Of a stretch of 64,000 nucleotides of DNA, positions 1-10,181 are shown piece by piece. The notes under the pieces were generated by a model. That model was not told the DNA's origin. It saw only the letters and a list, made by a program, of their open reading frames with translations, and ran no database searches. The stretch is from positions 17,417 to 81,416 of IMG/VR virus record IMGVR_UViG_3300021378_000014; one strand, given 5' to 3'. The stretch's first letter is position 1, and each line of letters begins with the position of its first letter. The translations under genes and the position numbers were made by a program. Source of the DNA: a virus.

Positions 1-205
1 TTACAAAACTAGAATTTCCATACCTAGCTCCAACGCCAAATAATAACCAATCTTCATATCCAGCTTTTGTATACGCTGCTACACCAAAATCTACTTCCCA
101 AGTGGGTTGTGTTTTAAGTATATCTTGTTGTACAAGAATATACTGAATAATATTACCAATAGTATCTTTACCACTGCCGGCTTTACCGCTTATTCCAATT
201 ATCAT
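1..205 (-). CDS. deoxynucleoside monophosphate kinase (runs off the left edge)
   Basis: Manual translation from ATG at 205: MIIGISGKAGSGKDTIGNII, the N-terminal P-loop typical of T4 gp1-like dNMP kinases. Not in the ORF track. Confidence 0.8.
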   Translation of the reverse strand, partial: MIIGISGKAGSGKDTIGNIIQYILVQQDILKTQPTWEVDFGVAAYTKAGYEDWLLFGVGARYGNSSFV

Positions 206-219
206 AGTTTTATTATTTA

Positions 220-408
220 TTAATCAAATAAATCATTTAACTTTTTATTCTGTTTTTTGATTTTTTTTAATTCTTTTGGAATTTCTGTAGAATCTCCATC
301 AAGTATTTCTTTAGCTTGTTTAATATCTTTACCTGTAATTTTAGTTTTACGGTTATTCCAGATATTAGCTAATTCTTGTTCTTCTTTAGGTGTAAGTTTT
401 TTACCCAT
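220..408 (-). CDS. small basic hypothetical protein
   Basis: 62 aa ORF on the same strand as its neighbours, tightly packed. Confidence 0.55.
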   Translation of the reverse strand: MGKKLTPKEEQELANIWNNRKTKITGKDIKQAKEILDGDSTEIPKELKKIKKQNKKLNDLFD

Positions 409-429
409 TAGTTATTTAATTTTAAGTAT

Positions 430-460
430 AAAAAAACCTACTACCGTTTCCAGTAGTAGG
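430..460 (-). terminator. intrinsic terminator
   Basis: Minus strand reads CCTACTACTG-GAAA-CGGTAGTAGG-TTTTTTT, just after the 487 ORF stop. Confidence 0.75.
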
Positions 461-486
461 TCTAACATAATTCACACAACCCAATT

Positions 487-966
487 CTAATCTACAAAGT
501 AATAAAGAGTTACAGATTTTCCATCTTCTTTAACATCTTTAACTTTTTTTGTAGATACATTAGTAATTGTAACTAATTCGGATTCATACAAATAAGCAGT
601 AACATTCGATTCAATAAGATTATCGTATGTATCTAAACGTGATCTAACTTCTTTAAGAGTATCACGTAATTCAAGATTGGCTTTTTGCCATTTACTTATT
701 TCATCACTTTCAGCAACACTAGCTATTTTTAGTGTATTTAGTTCTCGCCTTGTTTCAGAATAATCAGATTCAAGTTGACTTAACTCTGCAAGTAACTTAT
801 CACGATTTTCAATTAAAGCATCTACAGAAACACTATTTGTATCAGCTACATCACTATCATTTTCTTTTACAGTATTACTAAATACTGGAAACATAGCGTG
901 AATAATAGCTCCTAATAGAATAAGTAGCATACTAGCTACAATATAAAAAATAGTTGAAGACATCAT
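487..966 (-). CDS. membrane-anchored coiled-coil protein
   Basis: Hydrophobic N-terminus (IFYIVASMLLILLGAIIHAMF) followed by a heptad-rich helix. Confidence 0.6.
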   Translation of the reverse strand: MMSSTIFYIVASMLLILLGAIIHAMFPVFSNTVKENDSDVADTNSVSVDALIENRDKLLAELSQLESDYSETRRELNTLKIASVAESDEISKWQKANLELRDTLKEVRSRLDTYDNLIESNVTAYLYESELVTITNVSTKKVKDVKEDGKSVTLYYFVD

Positions 967-999
967 AATAGTTAAATTATCATTAAATTAAGAAATAAA

Positions 1000-1644
1000 T
1001 TAAGAAAGTCGAATATAACCTTTTTCAGTATCTAGTTCTGCACCCGGTACTATAACGTTAGCTTTAAGTGCGGTATTAACGCGTTTATCATCAATTACCG
1101 CAGTAGGTTCAAATATATCTCCAAATGCTTTTGTACGATTAAGTACATCACAAATATATTCAGCGGTATGTTCAGGTAAATTAGTAAAATCTACTTCGAT
1201 ACGGTAAGTTTTATAATCATCTGGTACTTGCTTTTCATCTGTAATAACTGTAGGAAATTGTCGAATATATGTAACGTTAAGTAAAGGTGTTTCTAACTTT
1301 AAATTAGGTTTAATACTATCGTTAGTACCTTTAGTTTCATTTCCATACATTAATACAGCATCAGTAATACGTTGTTTAAGATAAGCAATATTAGCAGCTT
1401 TACGCTTTGCTAATTGTTGTAATCTTTTCATTTCGAGTTTAAGTACTGATTCTTGCGCTTTAAGTTGCTCTATCACTAAATAGTAATTACGAAGTTTATC
1501 GTTAACTTCATCTCTATTTACAGATAAACGTTCAAGAAATTCTTCAGGTACTTCATCAGTATCAGGATTATCGTAAAACCATTGTTCAAGTAACGCTAGT
1601 TCTTGTACGTATTCACTTTGAATTGTAAACAGTGATTTATCCAT
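1000..1644 (-). CDS. Siphovirus Gp157/Mu Gam-like protein
   Basis: Coiled coil LKLEMKRLQQLAKRKAANIAYLK, then VITDEKQVPDDY and C-terminal IDDKRVNTALKANVIVPGAEL, the Gp157 pattern. Confidence 0.7.
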   Translation of the reverse strand: MDKSLFTIQSEYVQELALLEQWFYDNPDTDEVPEEFLERLSVNRDEVNDKLRNYYLVIEQLKAQESVLKLEMKRLQQLAKRKAANIAYLKQRITDAVLMYGNETKGTNDSIKPNLKLETPLLNVTYIRQFPTVITDEKQVPDDYKTYRIEVDFTNLPEHTAEYICDVLNRTKAFGDIFEPTAVIDDKRVNTALKANVIVPGAELDTEKGYIRLS

Positions 1645-1787
1645 TATATTATTTTTTAGGTTTAGTAAGTTTTACGCCTCTAGCGCAAATACAAGTTATT
1701 TTAGTACTATAACACACAAGACAATGTGTTTTTTTAAGTGCTGCCATTTCCTTATGATAAGAAAAATTGGCAGCACTTGATTCAACT

Positions 1788-2363
1788 TTAATTTCTTGCG
1801 TATTCTTTTCGTAATTTTTTGGCATCGATAGTTGCAGGTTTACTTGAATAATCTCCAGTACGAATAGTACAATTTTCTTTGCCAAACCAATCAATTACAT
1901 AGATAGCAGCTTGTACAGCGTCTTTAACAAACTTTTTATACATTTTTGCATAAAGAACGTCTGTTAATTGATCAATACGTGCTCCAAAATCTTTGTTACG
2001 TTTAACGTACCAACTTTCTTTATCTTCATTCCTTATAGCTTCAATAAGTCGAAGTTTTTTCCAGGTAAAAGAGGGAATAAAAGTAAAAGCTATAAGTCCG
2101 TCATTATTATAGGCAGTATATACATCCATATACGAAGTATGAATTAAACGTACAGCGACTTGTTCACTAACGTTTTGATTATATAGTTCCATAGATTCGT
2201 AATTACTTCGTACTGTACTAGTATTAGGTAATGCTTTCTTAACGTTAGCTAATAAATGTGGTAATACATATCCATTATAATGAGCTGGGCTGACGTTGCT
2301 GTAAGCTTCAGTATAATACGTAACAGCAGGTAATCCATCTCGATCGGCAAATTGAATATTCAT
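1788..2363 (-). CDS. hypothetical protein
   Basis: 191 aa ORF coupled to the stop of the upstream gene. Confidence 0.65.
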   Translation of the reverse strand: MNIQFADRDGLPAVTYYTEAYSNVSPAHYNGYVLPHLLANVKKALPNTSTVRSNYESMELYNQNVSEQVAVRLIHTSYMDVYTAYNNDGLIAFTFIPSFTWKKLRLIEAIRNEDKESWYVKRNKDFGARIDQLTDVLYAKMYKKFVKDAVQAAIYVIDWFGKENCTIRTGDYSSKPATIDAKKLRKEYARN

Positions 2364-2653
2364 TACTGTGATTTTAGTTGTGAAATTAAATTTAGTATAT
2401 TTTTATAAGCTTTACGAATTAAAGCTTCAAGTTCAATTACAGTAGTAGCTGGTTTAGCAGCTTCAGATAAATATTTACGAGTAGCTTGTTCAATATTATT
2501 AAAATACCAAACATTTCTACTGGTAATTACTTTTTTATCTTCTCCGGGAGTTTCTTTAACCCAAATTAGTACCCAATTATCAGTGTCACTACGTAAATAG
2601 TATTCATCGTCTAATTGGATACTTCCTTGTGTTAATGTTTCTTTCATTGTCAT
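2363..2653 (-). CDS. hypothetical protein
   Basis: 96 aa ORF in a packed operon. Confidence 0.6.
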   Translation of the reverse strand: MTMKETLTQGSIQLDDEYYLRSDTDNWVLIWVKETPGEDKKVITSRNVWYFNNIEQATRKYLSEAAKPATTVIELEALIRKAYKNILNLISQLKSQ

Positions 2654-2654
2654 A

Positions 2655-3410
2655 TTACTGAATTAAATTAAGCGCTTTGTTAATTTTTACAATTACCGCA
2701 GCTTTAGTAGCTTCAGTGCGTGCAGCTATATATTTAAAGTCACCTCTAAGTAATGCTGCTTCAAACTTACGTTTTTTAGTCAAACCGGTATAAGGTTTAG
2801 GTCTGCACTTTTTACAATTCCTGCTGCAAGTATCACTATGTTTACGAGCTTTATTAAAACTCAAAATTTGTATTGCAGCTTTATTGTAATCACTTCTTTT
2901 AAGAGAAGTGTCTAATTTACTACTTTCTAAATTACCACTACCTACATTGTAAACAAATAAAGTAATAGCCCATCTAGCTTCAATAGTAATGTTAGGATAA
3001 CGTTTCCCTACGTAATTCCAGTCTTTATTAAAGTCTTGCTTAAATAACTCATCGGCTTGAGCTACAGTAAGTGTACCAAAACTTTCTCCTTCTTTAATCC
3101 AGTGTCCCCAACCAATCGTACGACGATTAGCAACACAACGATATTCTTTAAGTCTTAAACCTTCACTAGCTTTAAGAAACCAAATACAACTCTCATATAA
3201 ATTAATAGTAGGTTGAATTTCTTTTTTCTCTTCAATTAGTTCTGGTAAAGTAATAATACTCATCTCTTGAGCTTTTTCAATTAAAGGGTAATCTATTTTA
3301 ATTCTCGTACTTTTTATTTGGTACGGAATTGCTAACATTAACAATGCAATTACTGTTAATACTATTAGGTGTTTGTTTATCCCTTTTCGCGTTTCGTGGA
3401 TAATTATCAT
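2655..3410 (-). CDS. GH24-type lysozyme/endolysin with N-terminal membrane anchor (SAR-like)
   Basis: SEGLRLKEYRCVANRRTIGWGH catalytic region, FVYNVG and GLTKKRKFEA; hydrophobic LIVLTVIALLMLAI near the N-terminus. Confidence 0.85.
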   Translation of the reverse strand: MIIIHETRKGINKHLIVLTVIALLMLAIPYQIKSTRIKIDYPLIEKAQEMSIITLPELIEEKKEIQPTINLYESCIWFLKASEGLRLKEYRCVANRRTIGWGHWIKEGESFGTLTVAQADELFKQDFNKDWNYVGKRYPNITIEARWAITLFVYNVGSGNLESSKLDTSLKRSDYNKAAIQILSFNKARKHSDTCSRNCKKCRPKPYTGLTKKRKFEAALLRGDFKYIAARTEATKAAVIVKINKALNLIQ

Positions 3411-3433
3411 GATTGTAGTTTTTAGTTACATAG

Positions 3434-3658
3434 TTAAATGTTTAAAATTTCATTTAGTTTAGTAGTTACAGAATTAAATACTTGTGTTGCTTCAGCTTCA
3501 TTTACAATTTCATATTGAGCAGGAATACCACTCATGAAGTAAAATAATAAAGAAGTTGTACTGCAAACTAAGTATCCATTTAAATATTGTTTCATGTACA
3601 CTTCATCATGAAGTGTACTAGTTTTAGTCTTAATGTATTTAGGTAAATCTTTTGGCAT
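3434..3658 (-). CDS. hypothetical protein
   Basis: 74 aa ORF in the operon. Confidence 0.55.
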   Translation of the reverse strand: MPKDLPKYIKTKTSTLHDEVYMKQYLNGYLVCSTTSLLFYFMSGIPAQYEIVNEAEATQVFNSVTTKLNEILNI

Positions 3659-3669
3659 GGGTTTATACT

Positions 3670-3996
3670 TTAGTCTTTAATGGATAAGTCTTTTAATAGT
3701 TGTTCGTATTTTTTTAAATTAACTTTTATAGTTACCATTACATTAGCATTTATAAAATCTAATCTAGCTTCATGTAATCTCATTATATCTTCAGGAATAA
3801 TAAGAGTACCAAGTAAATTTGCTAATTCGCGATCAGCTCCTGGTAAAAAAATTACTCTGTTAATAATACAAGGAGATATTTTATCTGTACGTGAAATAAT
3901 AGGCATATTAACAACATTAGATTCTTTTTCTTGTTTAATCCATTCGTCGTATTGCTTCATATCTTTACACACTATTAACGATACTCTTTTTTGCAT
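3670..3996 (-). CDS. hypothetical protein
   Basis: 108 aa ORF in the operon. Confidence 0.6.
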   Translation of the reverse strand: MQKRVSLIVCKDMKQYDEWIKQEKESNVVNMPIISRTDKISPCIINRVIFLPGADRELANLLGTLIIPEDIMRLHEARLDFINANVMVTIKVNLKKYEQLLKDLSIKD

Positions 3997-4062
3997 AATT
4001 TACTTATTTAATTTATTATTAATACCGGCTATAACGGAAAGTGCTTGAATTTCACAAAGGTA

Positions 4063-4617
4063 CTAAAAATCTTCATAATAAGATTCAAGTTTATCTTTAA
4101 TATTTTCATCAAGATTTAAAGCTCGGCCAAATCTATTATTAAAAGTTGCAAATAATGTACTTAAAAATTCATAATCAAGTAGATGTACTTCATTATTTTT
4201 AATAAAGTATTCAAGAGTTTCAATTATACGTAATTCTTCAATTCCAGCAGTTACGTAAAGATCAGAACTAGTTACATCATATTCTGCATGAAGTAGATCA
4301 TGATGTACCCAAAAAATATGATCAACAACATAATCAACTTGAATATTATCACGCTGATCTAAAGCCCAAGCCAAGAATATAATAGTAGTATCATTACTAA
4401 TAACTACATCTTTTTCTTTAAGAATATTAAGATAATATTCAGCTAGTTGTTCATAATCTTGATTATCTATTAAATCAAAATAAGGAATGTTCCAATCAAA
4501 ATCAGAAGCAAACTCTTTAAAAGTTTCAGAATCAACTGTAATAGTTGTAGTACCTATTATTTCAACATTTTCACTTTTAATAATTACATTAAGTACTAAG
4601 TTTTTATAATAAAGCAT
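4063..4617 (-). CDS. acidic hypothetical protein with His cluster (HHDLLH), possibly metal binding
   Basis: 184 aa, D/E rich, DHIFWVHHDLLHAEYD. Confidence 0.6.
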   Translation of the reverse strand: MLYYKNLVLNVIIKSENVEIIGTTTITVDSETFKEFASDFDWNIPYFDLIDNQDYEQLAEYYLNILKEKDVVISNDTTIIFLAWALDQRDNIQVDYVVDHIFWVHHDLLHAEYDVTSSDLYVTAGIEELRIIETLEYFIKNNEVHLLDYEFLSTLFATFNNRFGRALNLDENIKDKLESYYEDF

Positions 4618-4629
4618 AACTATTGTTTT

Positions 4630-5898
4630 TTATTCATAATCTCTTACAGCTATTCCTACAGCATGAAAAGGCAGTTCTTTTGGTGGAACAGTCCTTTCAT
4701 AAAATTCTACTGTAAGTAATTTACCAATAAGAATATCACGATCAATAAAATATTGACGTTTTTGTTCAACAGTACCTTCAGGTACTACCGTAAACGTTTC
4801 ATGATTTAAATCGTTACGGCATACAAACATACCAAGTTCTGGCGCATCTCTACTATCAATTACATCTAAGATAATAAATTCTGCACTTTCTCTACGTTTT
4901 AGTTTAACAATAGTCATAGGACGTTTGCCAAATCCATATTCAGATTTATGATCTCGAAAAATAGCACCTTCGTATCCATTTTTAATACAAATATCTGTAT
5001 AGTATTGAGCTGTATCGTCGCTAGTAATATTAACACTAACTAAACCATGTACATTACTAAATCCCCAATTACCTATATTATTTTGTATAAATCTTAATCT
5101 AGCTTGTTGTTTAATATCGGCAACAGCTAAATCAAAAATGTAAAATTGTAATAACTGAGTTTTAAGATTAGGTTTAACAGCTGCACTACGTATTTCACTA
5201 AGATATTCACCATGAATATAAATTTCACCATCAAATATTAATTCAGTTCCTTCTGGTAATCCACTAGTTTCAGTAGCATAAAAATGATTTTCAGTAAATT
5301 GATCAGTAATTAATGGAAGATTATATTCTAATCCCATTTTACTAAATAGTACAGCACCACGTCCATCAACCCAGCGCATAAAAGCACGAATACCGTTAAT
5401 TTTAGGTTGACCTATACATGGAAATTTAATACGTGGTTCAATACGTTCAATTCCTTTAACTTTACGTGTAACATAATATTGTTGACATTTCATAGGTTTA
5501 ATATTACCTTTGTCGTCAGTATTATCTTTAGGTAAGTGTTTTTCTAAAAATGTAAGTAAACTCTGGTTTTGTATAAAAGTCATATGAACACCAGATTTAT
5601 TAATATTTAATGATACAGCTAATGTAGCATCTATATCACCAATACTTTTATAACCTTTTTTCTTTTGCCGAGCGATCTTTGAATTTGCCTCTAAAATAGC
5701 TTGCTGGAGCTGCGTAGTTTCGTTTAAACGGCCTATATTTTTGCCTTCGTGTATTGCTGTGATCTGCGGAGTTTGAATGCCGCCAAACAGCCCTGAACGA
5801 GTGACAATTTTAGGTACTGAACTTTCAGCATCATCAATAGTTATACTCCAAACTTTAATACTTCCATCGCTAGTTCTAGCATATAAAACTTCTTTCAT
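4630..5898 (-). CDS. lig: ATP-dependent DNA ligase with WGR-like N-terminal domain
   Basis: Motif I QPKINGIR, III IFDGEIY, IIIa FYIFD, IV GYEGAIFR, V VKLK, and an OB-fold end LLTVEFYE...PFHAVG..VRDYE. Confidence 0.9.
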   Translation of the reverse strand: MKEVLYARTSDGSIKVWSITIDDAESSVPKIVTRSGLFGGIQTPQITAIHEGKNIGRLNETTQLQQAILEANSKIARQKKKGYKSIGDIDATLAVSLNINKSGVHMTFIQNQSLLTFLEKHLPKDNTDDKGNIKPMKCQQYYVTRKVKGIERIEPRIKFPCIGQPKINGIRAFMRWVDGRGAVLFSKMGLEYNLPLITDQFTENHFYATETSGLPEGTELIFDGEIYIHGEYLSEIRSAAVKPNLKTQLLQFYIFDLAVADIKQQARLRFIQNNIGNWGFSNVHGLVSVNITSDDTAQYYTDICIKNGYEGAIFRDHKSEYGFGKRPMTIVKLKRRESAEFIILDVIDSRDAPELGMFVCRNDLNHETFTVVPEGTVEQKRQYFIDRDILIGKLLTVEFYERTVPPKELPFHAVGIAVRDYE

Positions 5899-5927
5899 AA
5901 TTTTAGTTTCAGTTTGTAAATTAAAAT

Positions 5928-5960
5928 GCCGCAGTCCTACTAGAAGACTGCGGCGAATTA
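5928..5960 (-). terminator. GC-rich hairpin, probable terminator
   Basis: GCCGCAGTC-N9-GACTGCGGC, followed by ATTTTAATTT on the minus strand. Confidence 0.55.
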
Positions 5961-5988
5961 CACAATTAGTATTAGCTCTTACTGTTAC

Positions 5989-6789
5989 TTAGAAAGTAAT
6001 ACCGAGCTTAATACCCAGTTGGGGTGCAATATCGTTTCGACCGGGGCCAAAACGAGCACCACCCCTTAAACCCCAAGCAAGCGGTTTCTTTACATTAAGA
6101 TATTCAAGGCTTGCACCTGGTTTAGTACTATTATCTGTATCCCATACATGAAAAATTTCCACACCAAGATAGTTATTACGAACTTTATTAGCCATAATAA
6201 TAGGACGAATAATATCTACGTTAGTAACTTTAGCGTCAAGTGCTACAAGTTTACCTTGCACTTCTGCTACATAGTCAATAATTTGAGATTCAGGTGTAGT
6301 AATTGTGCCTTTATAAATTTGATTACCTGTATCTCGTAGTTTATCAATTTCAGCTTGTACAAGTTTAGTTTGACAAGTTTTATTTTCATCTTGTGCTACA
6401 ATTAAACGAGATTCTACATCATCAAGAACATTAGTGTAAAATTCCTCAAGTTGAGCTGCTGTAGTGTTATATGACGTATCTGTTTTAATAAGTACAGGAC
6501 GAGGTTTACGCGTATAAGTAGTAGTATTAGCTTCTAGTTTACCCATACGACAATCAAGTAGTTCTTTAAGTATTTGTTCATGCTGTTCATTAGTTACATA
6601 ACCTACTTGTACAGGAATTACTTTCTCATCTTTTAATGCTAAGTATTCAAGTGTAAGGTTATCGTACTTCAATTGCAATTGATTGTACTTTTCCATACTA
6701 ATCATTTGTTCTACTTTAGGTCTGGAACAGAACATAATTACTAACGCTAACGTAATTGCTACTGCAATTACAGTTTTAATATTTTTCAT
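5989..6789 (-). CDS. membrane-anchored/lipoprotein coiled-coil protein, spanin-like
   Basis: MKNIK plus a hydrophobic stretch and Cys21, coiled coils, and C-terminal amphipathic beta-strands ending GIKLGITF. Confidence 0.5.
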   Translation of the reverse strand: MKNIKTVIAVAITLALVIMFCSRPKVEQMISMEKYNQLQLKYDNLTLEYLALKDEKVIPVQVGYVTNEQHEQILKELLDCRMGKLEANTTTYTRKPRPVLIKTDTSYNTTAAQLEEFYTNVLDDVESRLIVAQDENKTCQTKLVQAEIDKLRDTGNQIYKGTITTPESQIIDYVAEVQGKLVALDAKVTNVDIIRPIIMANKVRNNYLGVEIFHVWDTDNSTKPGASLEYLNVKKPLAWGLRGGARFGPGRNDIAPQLGIKLGITF

Positions 6790-6802
6790 TTGTAGTTTAT
6801 TT

Positions 6803-7663
6803 TTAATAGTTATGAAATTCTTTATAAAATTGATTACCTAAAACTAAAGCGTTAGTATCTGGTATAATACTAAAAACAAGTTTACGTTGTGATTCATCAT
6901 CTACAGGTATAAATCTAGCACCACAAGGATCTTGGGTGATAAACATAATATTATCATCCGGTAGTTTTGGCTCAAAATACTGTACGTATTCATTATTAGC
7001 TTTTTTACCAGTTTTACCGGTAGCTAATAAATCAAGAAAAGCTTTAGCGTACGGAAATGCTCTATTACCTACATCCCAAAATTGGGATATAGAGAGTTCA
7101 TCTAATACTCTATCAGTAGTTAATTTCGGAGTATCAAAGATAGTTAATTGAACTCGATAAGGAAAAGGTTTCTCTATTACTGGGAGAGTTTTTATATGTG
7201 GAATATAACTTTCTTTTATTGCTTGCATAACTTTACGTCTAGCAAACGGATTAAGATTACCACTATAAAAATCTTGTCCATTAATTGTGTAAACTTTTGG
7301 AGTTCCAGCTTGAGTATTATTAGCAAGTACTCGTTCATTAGTTTCTTTATTTACTAGAAACACTTTATGTGTTTGCATATACTCATGAACTCTTTTTCCT
7401 CTCCCAGTAATAGGAAAGGCTCGTACGGTATCAACTTGTTTATTACCTTTATATATACCAAGGTAATAATTATCCGCTATTTGATCAGGTTCTACAATTC
7501 CAGTATGTCCAATTTTCATTCTAGAGCCTGGATTAGTATACTTAACAAGTAACTTTTTACCTGCACCTTTGATCGTAATACCATCATACCGATAATATTT
7601 TGGTATCTGTTTCTTTGATAACTCTACTGTTCTGATATAATTAGGTATTATTACTTGATACAT
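6803..7663 (-). CDS. RusA-like Holliday junction resolvase
   Basis: WDVGN...YAKAFLDLL...LPDDNIMFI matches the RusA D-x-x-N/K/DD arrangement. Confidence 0.6.
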   Translation of the reverse strand: MYQVIIPNYIRTVELSKKQIPKYYRYDGITIKGAGKKLLVKYTNPGSRMKIGHTGIVEPDQIADNYYLGIYKGNKQVDTVRAFPITGRGKRVHEYMQTHKVFLVNKETNERVLANNTQAGTPKVYTINGQDFYSGNLNPFARRKVMQAIKESYIPHIKTLPVIEKPFPYRVQLTIFDTPKLTTDRVLDELSISQFWDVGNRAFPYAKAFLDLLATGKTGKKANNEYVQYFEPKLPDDNIMFITQDPCGARFIPVDDESQRKLVFSIIPDTNALVLGNQFYKEFHNY

Positions 7664-7665
7664 AG

Positions 7666-8115
7666 TTAAAGTTTAATTATTAAGATATAATCTGGATTAC
7701 GTAATATTGCTTTTATAGCAATATATTGTTCTTCAGTATTACCTACCATAGTAGTAGGTATATACGCGTTACCATAATGCCCTTCAACATTACTTTTTAA
7801 TGCAGCTAAATGATTTTTAGTTAAAGGCGCTTTTGTATATAAAAACTTTCTTACAATAGTAACACCTTCTTCTTTTACAGAATTACGATCTGGCATTACT
7901 ACTCTACTAAACTCAGCTGTATATCTATCTGTCATTAAAACAAGATGTTCTTTTTTAAGTTTTACTCTACGTATAGTACAAAACTCTTTTTCTTTAATTT
8001 GATGATAAGCGCGTTCAGCTTCGTCTTTAGTAAGAGGAACAGCAAATAGTAAATCTACTGTGTCATTAATAAGAAATCCACGAAGGATATTTTGAATGAT
8101 GTCTATTTTATTCAT
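7666..8115 (-). CDS. hypothetical protein
   Basis: 149 aa ORF overlapping the primase stop. Confidence 0.65.
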   Translation of the reverse strand: MNKIDIIQNILRGFLINDTVDLLFAVPLTKDEAERAYHQIKEKEFCTIRRVKLKKEHLVLMTDRYTAEFSRVVMPDRNSVKEEGVTIVRKFLYTKAPLTKNHLAALKSNVEGHYGNAYIPTTMVGNTEEQYIAIKAILRNPDYILIIKL

Positions 8116-9190
8116 AGTTATATTGTTGAAAATCTGAAAAATCTCTATTATTGAATTGATAAAAACCTTCAGATTTAATATAATCTATCAGGTTTTGTGT
8201 TCGTTTAATTCCATGTTTATCTACGTGTTCACTAAAGTCTTTAGCTTTATAATCATAAGTTTCAAACTTACCATTTGTAAAGAAAAGAGCAGGTATGTTT
8301 TGTTTACGTAATTGTACAGCTAGTTTAATACCAGCATAATCAAAATCCATCAAGCTATATATATTACTCCAAATACTACGTAAATATGCAATTTGAATTG
8401 GAGTAAGAATTACACTTTCTGCAGGTACTGCTACAGCTGTAATACCAAAACTATACAAAGACATTACATCTTTAAGAGATTTCGTAATAATTCCAGTATC
8501 AGCTTTTACTACTTGTTTAGTGCCTTGTACTTTATTACTATTAGTAATAAACTTATATTGTTTTCTACGTGGAAAGTATAATTTCCAATGTTCACCTTCA
8601 GTAGTCGTACCTAAATAATAAGCATAACAAGGATCATTCTCAAAGTAATGATAAATAGTGTTATTATTTAGATATGCAACTTGAACAGGAAATACTTGAT
8701 AATAATTAAGTATATCAAGATTTATATTAAATCTATCCCAGTAACAACGATCGGCATAATTCCAATCTCTAGTAAGTATATTAATAAGAGTAAATTCTCT
8801 AGGTTTATTAAAGTTTTTAACAGAAATTAAACCACTAGAACCAACTGTAGTATATTCATGAATTTTAAACTCTTTAGCTACAATGTGTAGAATTTTATTA
8901 AATCCTACTTTATCGTCAGCGTTAATACAGTTTTGATAGCCAACTACATCAAAACAATCTCCTGTAAAATAACCAGCAAAATCATTAAAAGTAATTCTAT
9001 TATCAGCTTTAACTAAAAATCCACAAGTAGGATTTTTATCAGCTCTAAGGGGTGATCTTATTAATTTATTTTTAGTTATACATTCATAAATAATATGAAT
9101 AGAAATACCTAAAAATCTAGCCAATATAGCTTCTTGAGTTATACGATCTAATATATACTCTCTTGTTAACTTTGGTAGTATTCCTATCAT
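8108..9190 (-). CDS. DnaG-family primase (crAss type)
   Basis: SPLRADKNPTC...FNDF...GDCFD Zn-finger-like region; TOPRIM ITKSLKDVM, MDFDYAG, KDFSE. Start placed at MIGILPK because the longer track start lies inside a terminator. Confidence 0.85.
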   Translation of the reverse strand: MIGILPKLTREYILDRITQEAILARFLGISIHIIYECITKNKLIRSPLRADKNPTCGFLVKADNRITFNDFAGYFTGDCFDVVGYQNCINADDKVGFNKILHIVAKEFKIHEYTTVGSSGLISVKNFNKPREFTLINILTRDWNYADRCYWDRFNINLDILNYYQVFPVQVAYLNNNTIYHYFENDPCYAYYLGTTTEGEHWKLYFPRRKQYKFITNSNKVQGTKQVVKADTGIITKSLKDVMSLYSFGITAVAVPAESVILTPIQIAYLRSIWSNIYSLMDFDYAGIKLAVQLRKQNIPALFFTNGKFETYDYKAKDFSEHVDKHGIKRTQNLIDYIKSEGFYQFNNRDFSDFQQYNYE

Positions 9191-9209
9191 AAACTCATGT
9201 TTTAAAGTG

Positions 9210-9243
9210 AAAAAAAAAGCCAGCACTAACTGGTAGTGCTGGC
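9210..9243 (-). terminator. intrinsic terminator after SSB
   Basis: GCCAGCACTA-N5-TAGTGCTGGC followed by T9 on the minus strand. Confidence 0.8.
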
Positions 9244-9279
9244 CTCAAAAAACGTTAATAACAAAATGTAATCTATTCT

Positions 9280-10080
9280 TTAGACATCAGGCCACAAATC
9301 ACCAGCTGGCGGTGCACTGGGAATACCCGCAGGTGTACCAGGCAAATTACCAGATGCCGTAGTTTCAGGAACTAATTCGTAAATATCTTTTGGAGACACT
9401 GAAAGAATACTAACTCCACCCTCTTTGATAGCTTCAATACAATTACCAAGGGGCATCTGTAATACGTTAGGACGCTTACCTTGCCCAGCACGTACTAATT
9501 TAATACGAACAGGGATAGCTTTTTCTCCTACTTTATAAACAGGAGTACCTTTACGTAATGTGTTGAACGCATTAGCAATAGCTTCAAAGTAGCCTTTATA
9601 ATAAAGACTAAGTTCATTTACTTCCGTAAATTTATTATCTTCAGTTTGAAGTGTAGCAGCTCCTAAATATTCAGCAGCTTTACCGGGAACAAACGCTTCA
9701 AAGATATGAGCAATACGTTCGTTAAGCATACGGTTTTTGTTGGTAAATTTAGGATCACCAGTTAACAAACTATATACTTGCTCAATATGAATAAAATGAC
9801 CACCATTATCTTGAAATACAAATTCAAGAGTAGTTTGACGGAATTTATCATCTACTTGGTGAAACTCTAATTCAGCTCCTTCAGCTACTTCTACACCATC
9901 AGAAGCAATAGCTCCTCGTTTAACTGCAGTACGTGCAAGTACATTCACTAATTCACATTCTACAAAAGGATGTGGGCGAGTTCCTGCTTTATATTCTCGG
10001 TAATATGTTTCAACGGGAAACGCCACATTAGAGACAGTTTTAGTTTCCTCATTAATACCCATATTTTTAAAATCCAGCAT
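9280..10080 (-). CDS. probable single-stranded DNA-binding protein
   Basis: Sits next to primase as in crAss-like phages; P/G/A-rich flexible tail ending GDLWPDV. Confidence 0.55.
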   Translation of the reverse strand: MLDFKNMGINEETKTVSNVAFPVETYYREYKAGTRPHPFVECELVNVLARTAVKRGAIASDGVEVAEGAELEFHQVDDKFRQTTLEFVFQDNGGHFIHIEQVYSLLTGDPKFTNKNRMLNERIAHIFEAFVPGKAAEYLGAATLQTEDNKFTEVNELSLYYKGYFEAIANAFNTLRKGTPVYKVGEKAIPVRIKLVRAGQGKRPNVLQMPLGNCIEAIKEGGVSILSVSPKDIYELVPETTASGNLPGTPAGIPSAPPAGDLWPDV

Positions 10081-10115
10081 AAGTTTAGTATTTAAAATAT
10101 TTGTACTAAATTAAT

Positions 10116-10148
10116 AAAAAAGGGGAGATCTTGCGATAAGACCTCCCC
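10116..10148 (-). terminator. intrinsic terminator
   Basis: GGGGAGGTCTT-ATCGC-AAGATCTCCCC-TTTTTT on the minus strand. Confidence 0.75.
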
Positions 10149-10181
10149 AATGACTCAATCAATGATTAGAATTGTCGACGC

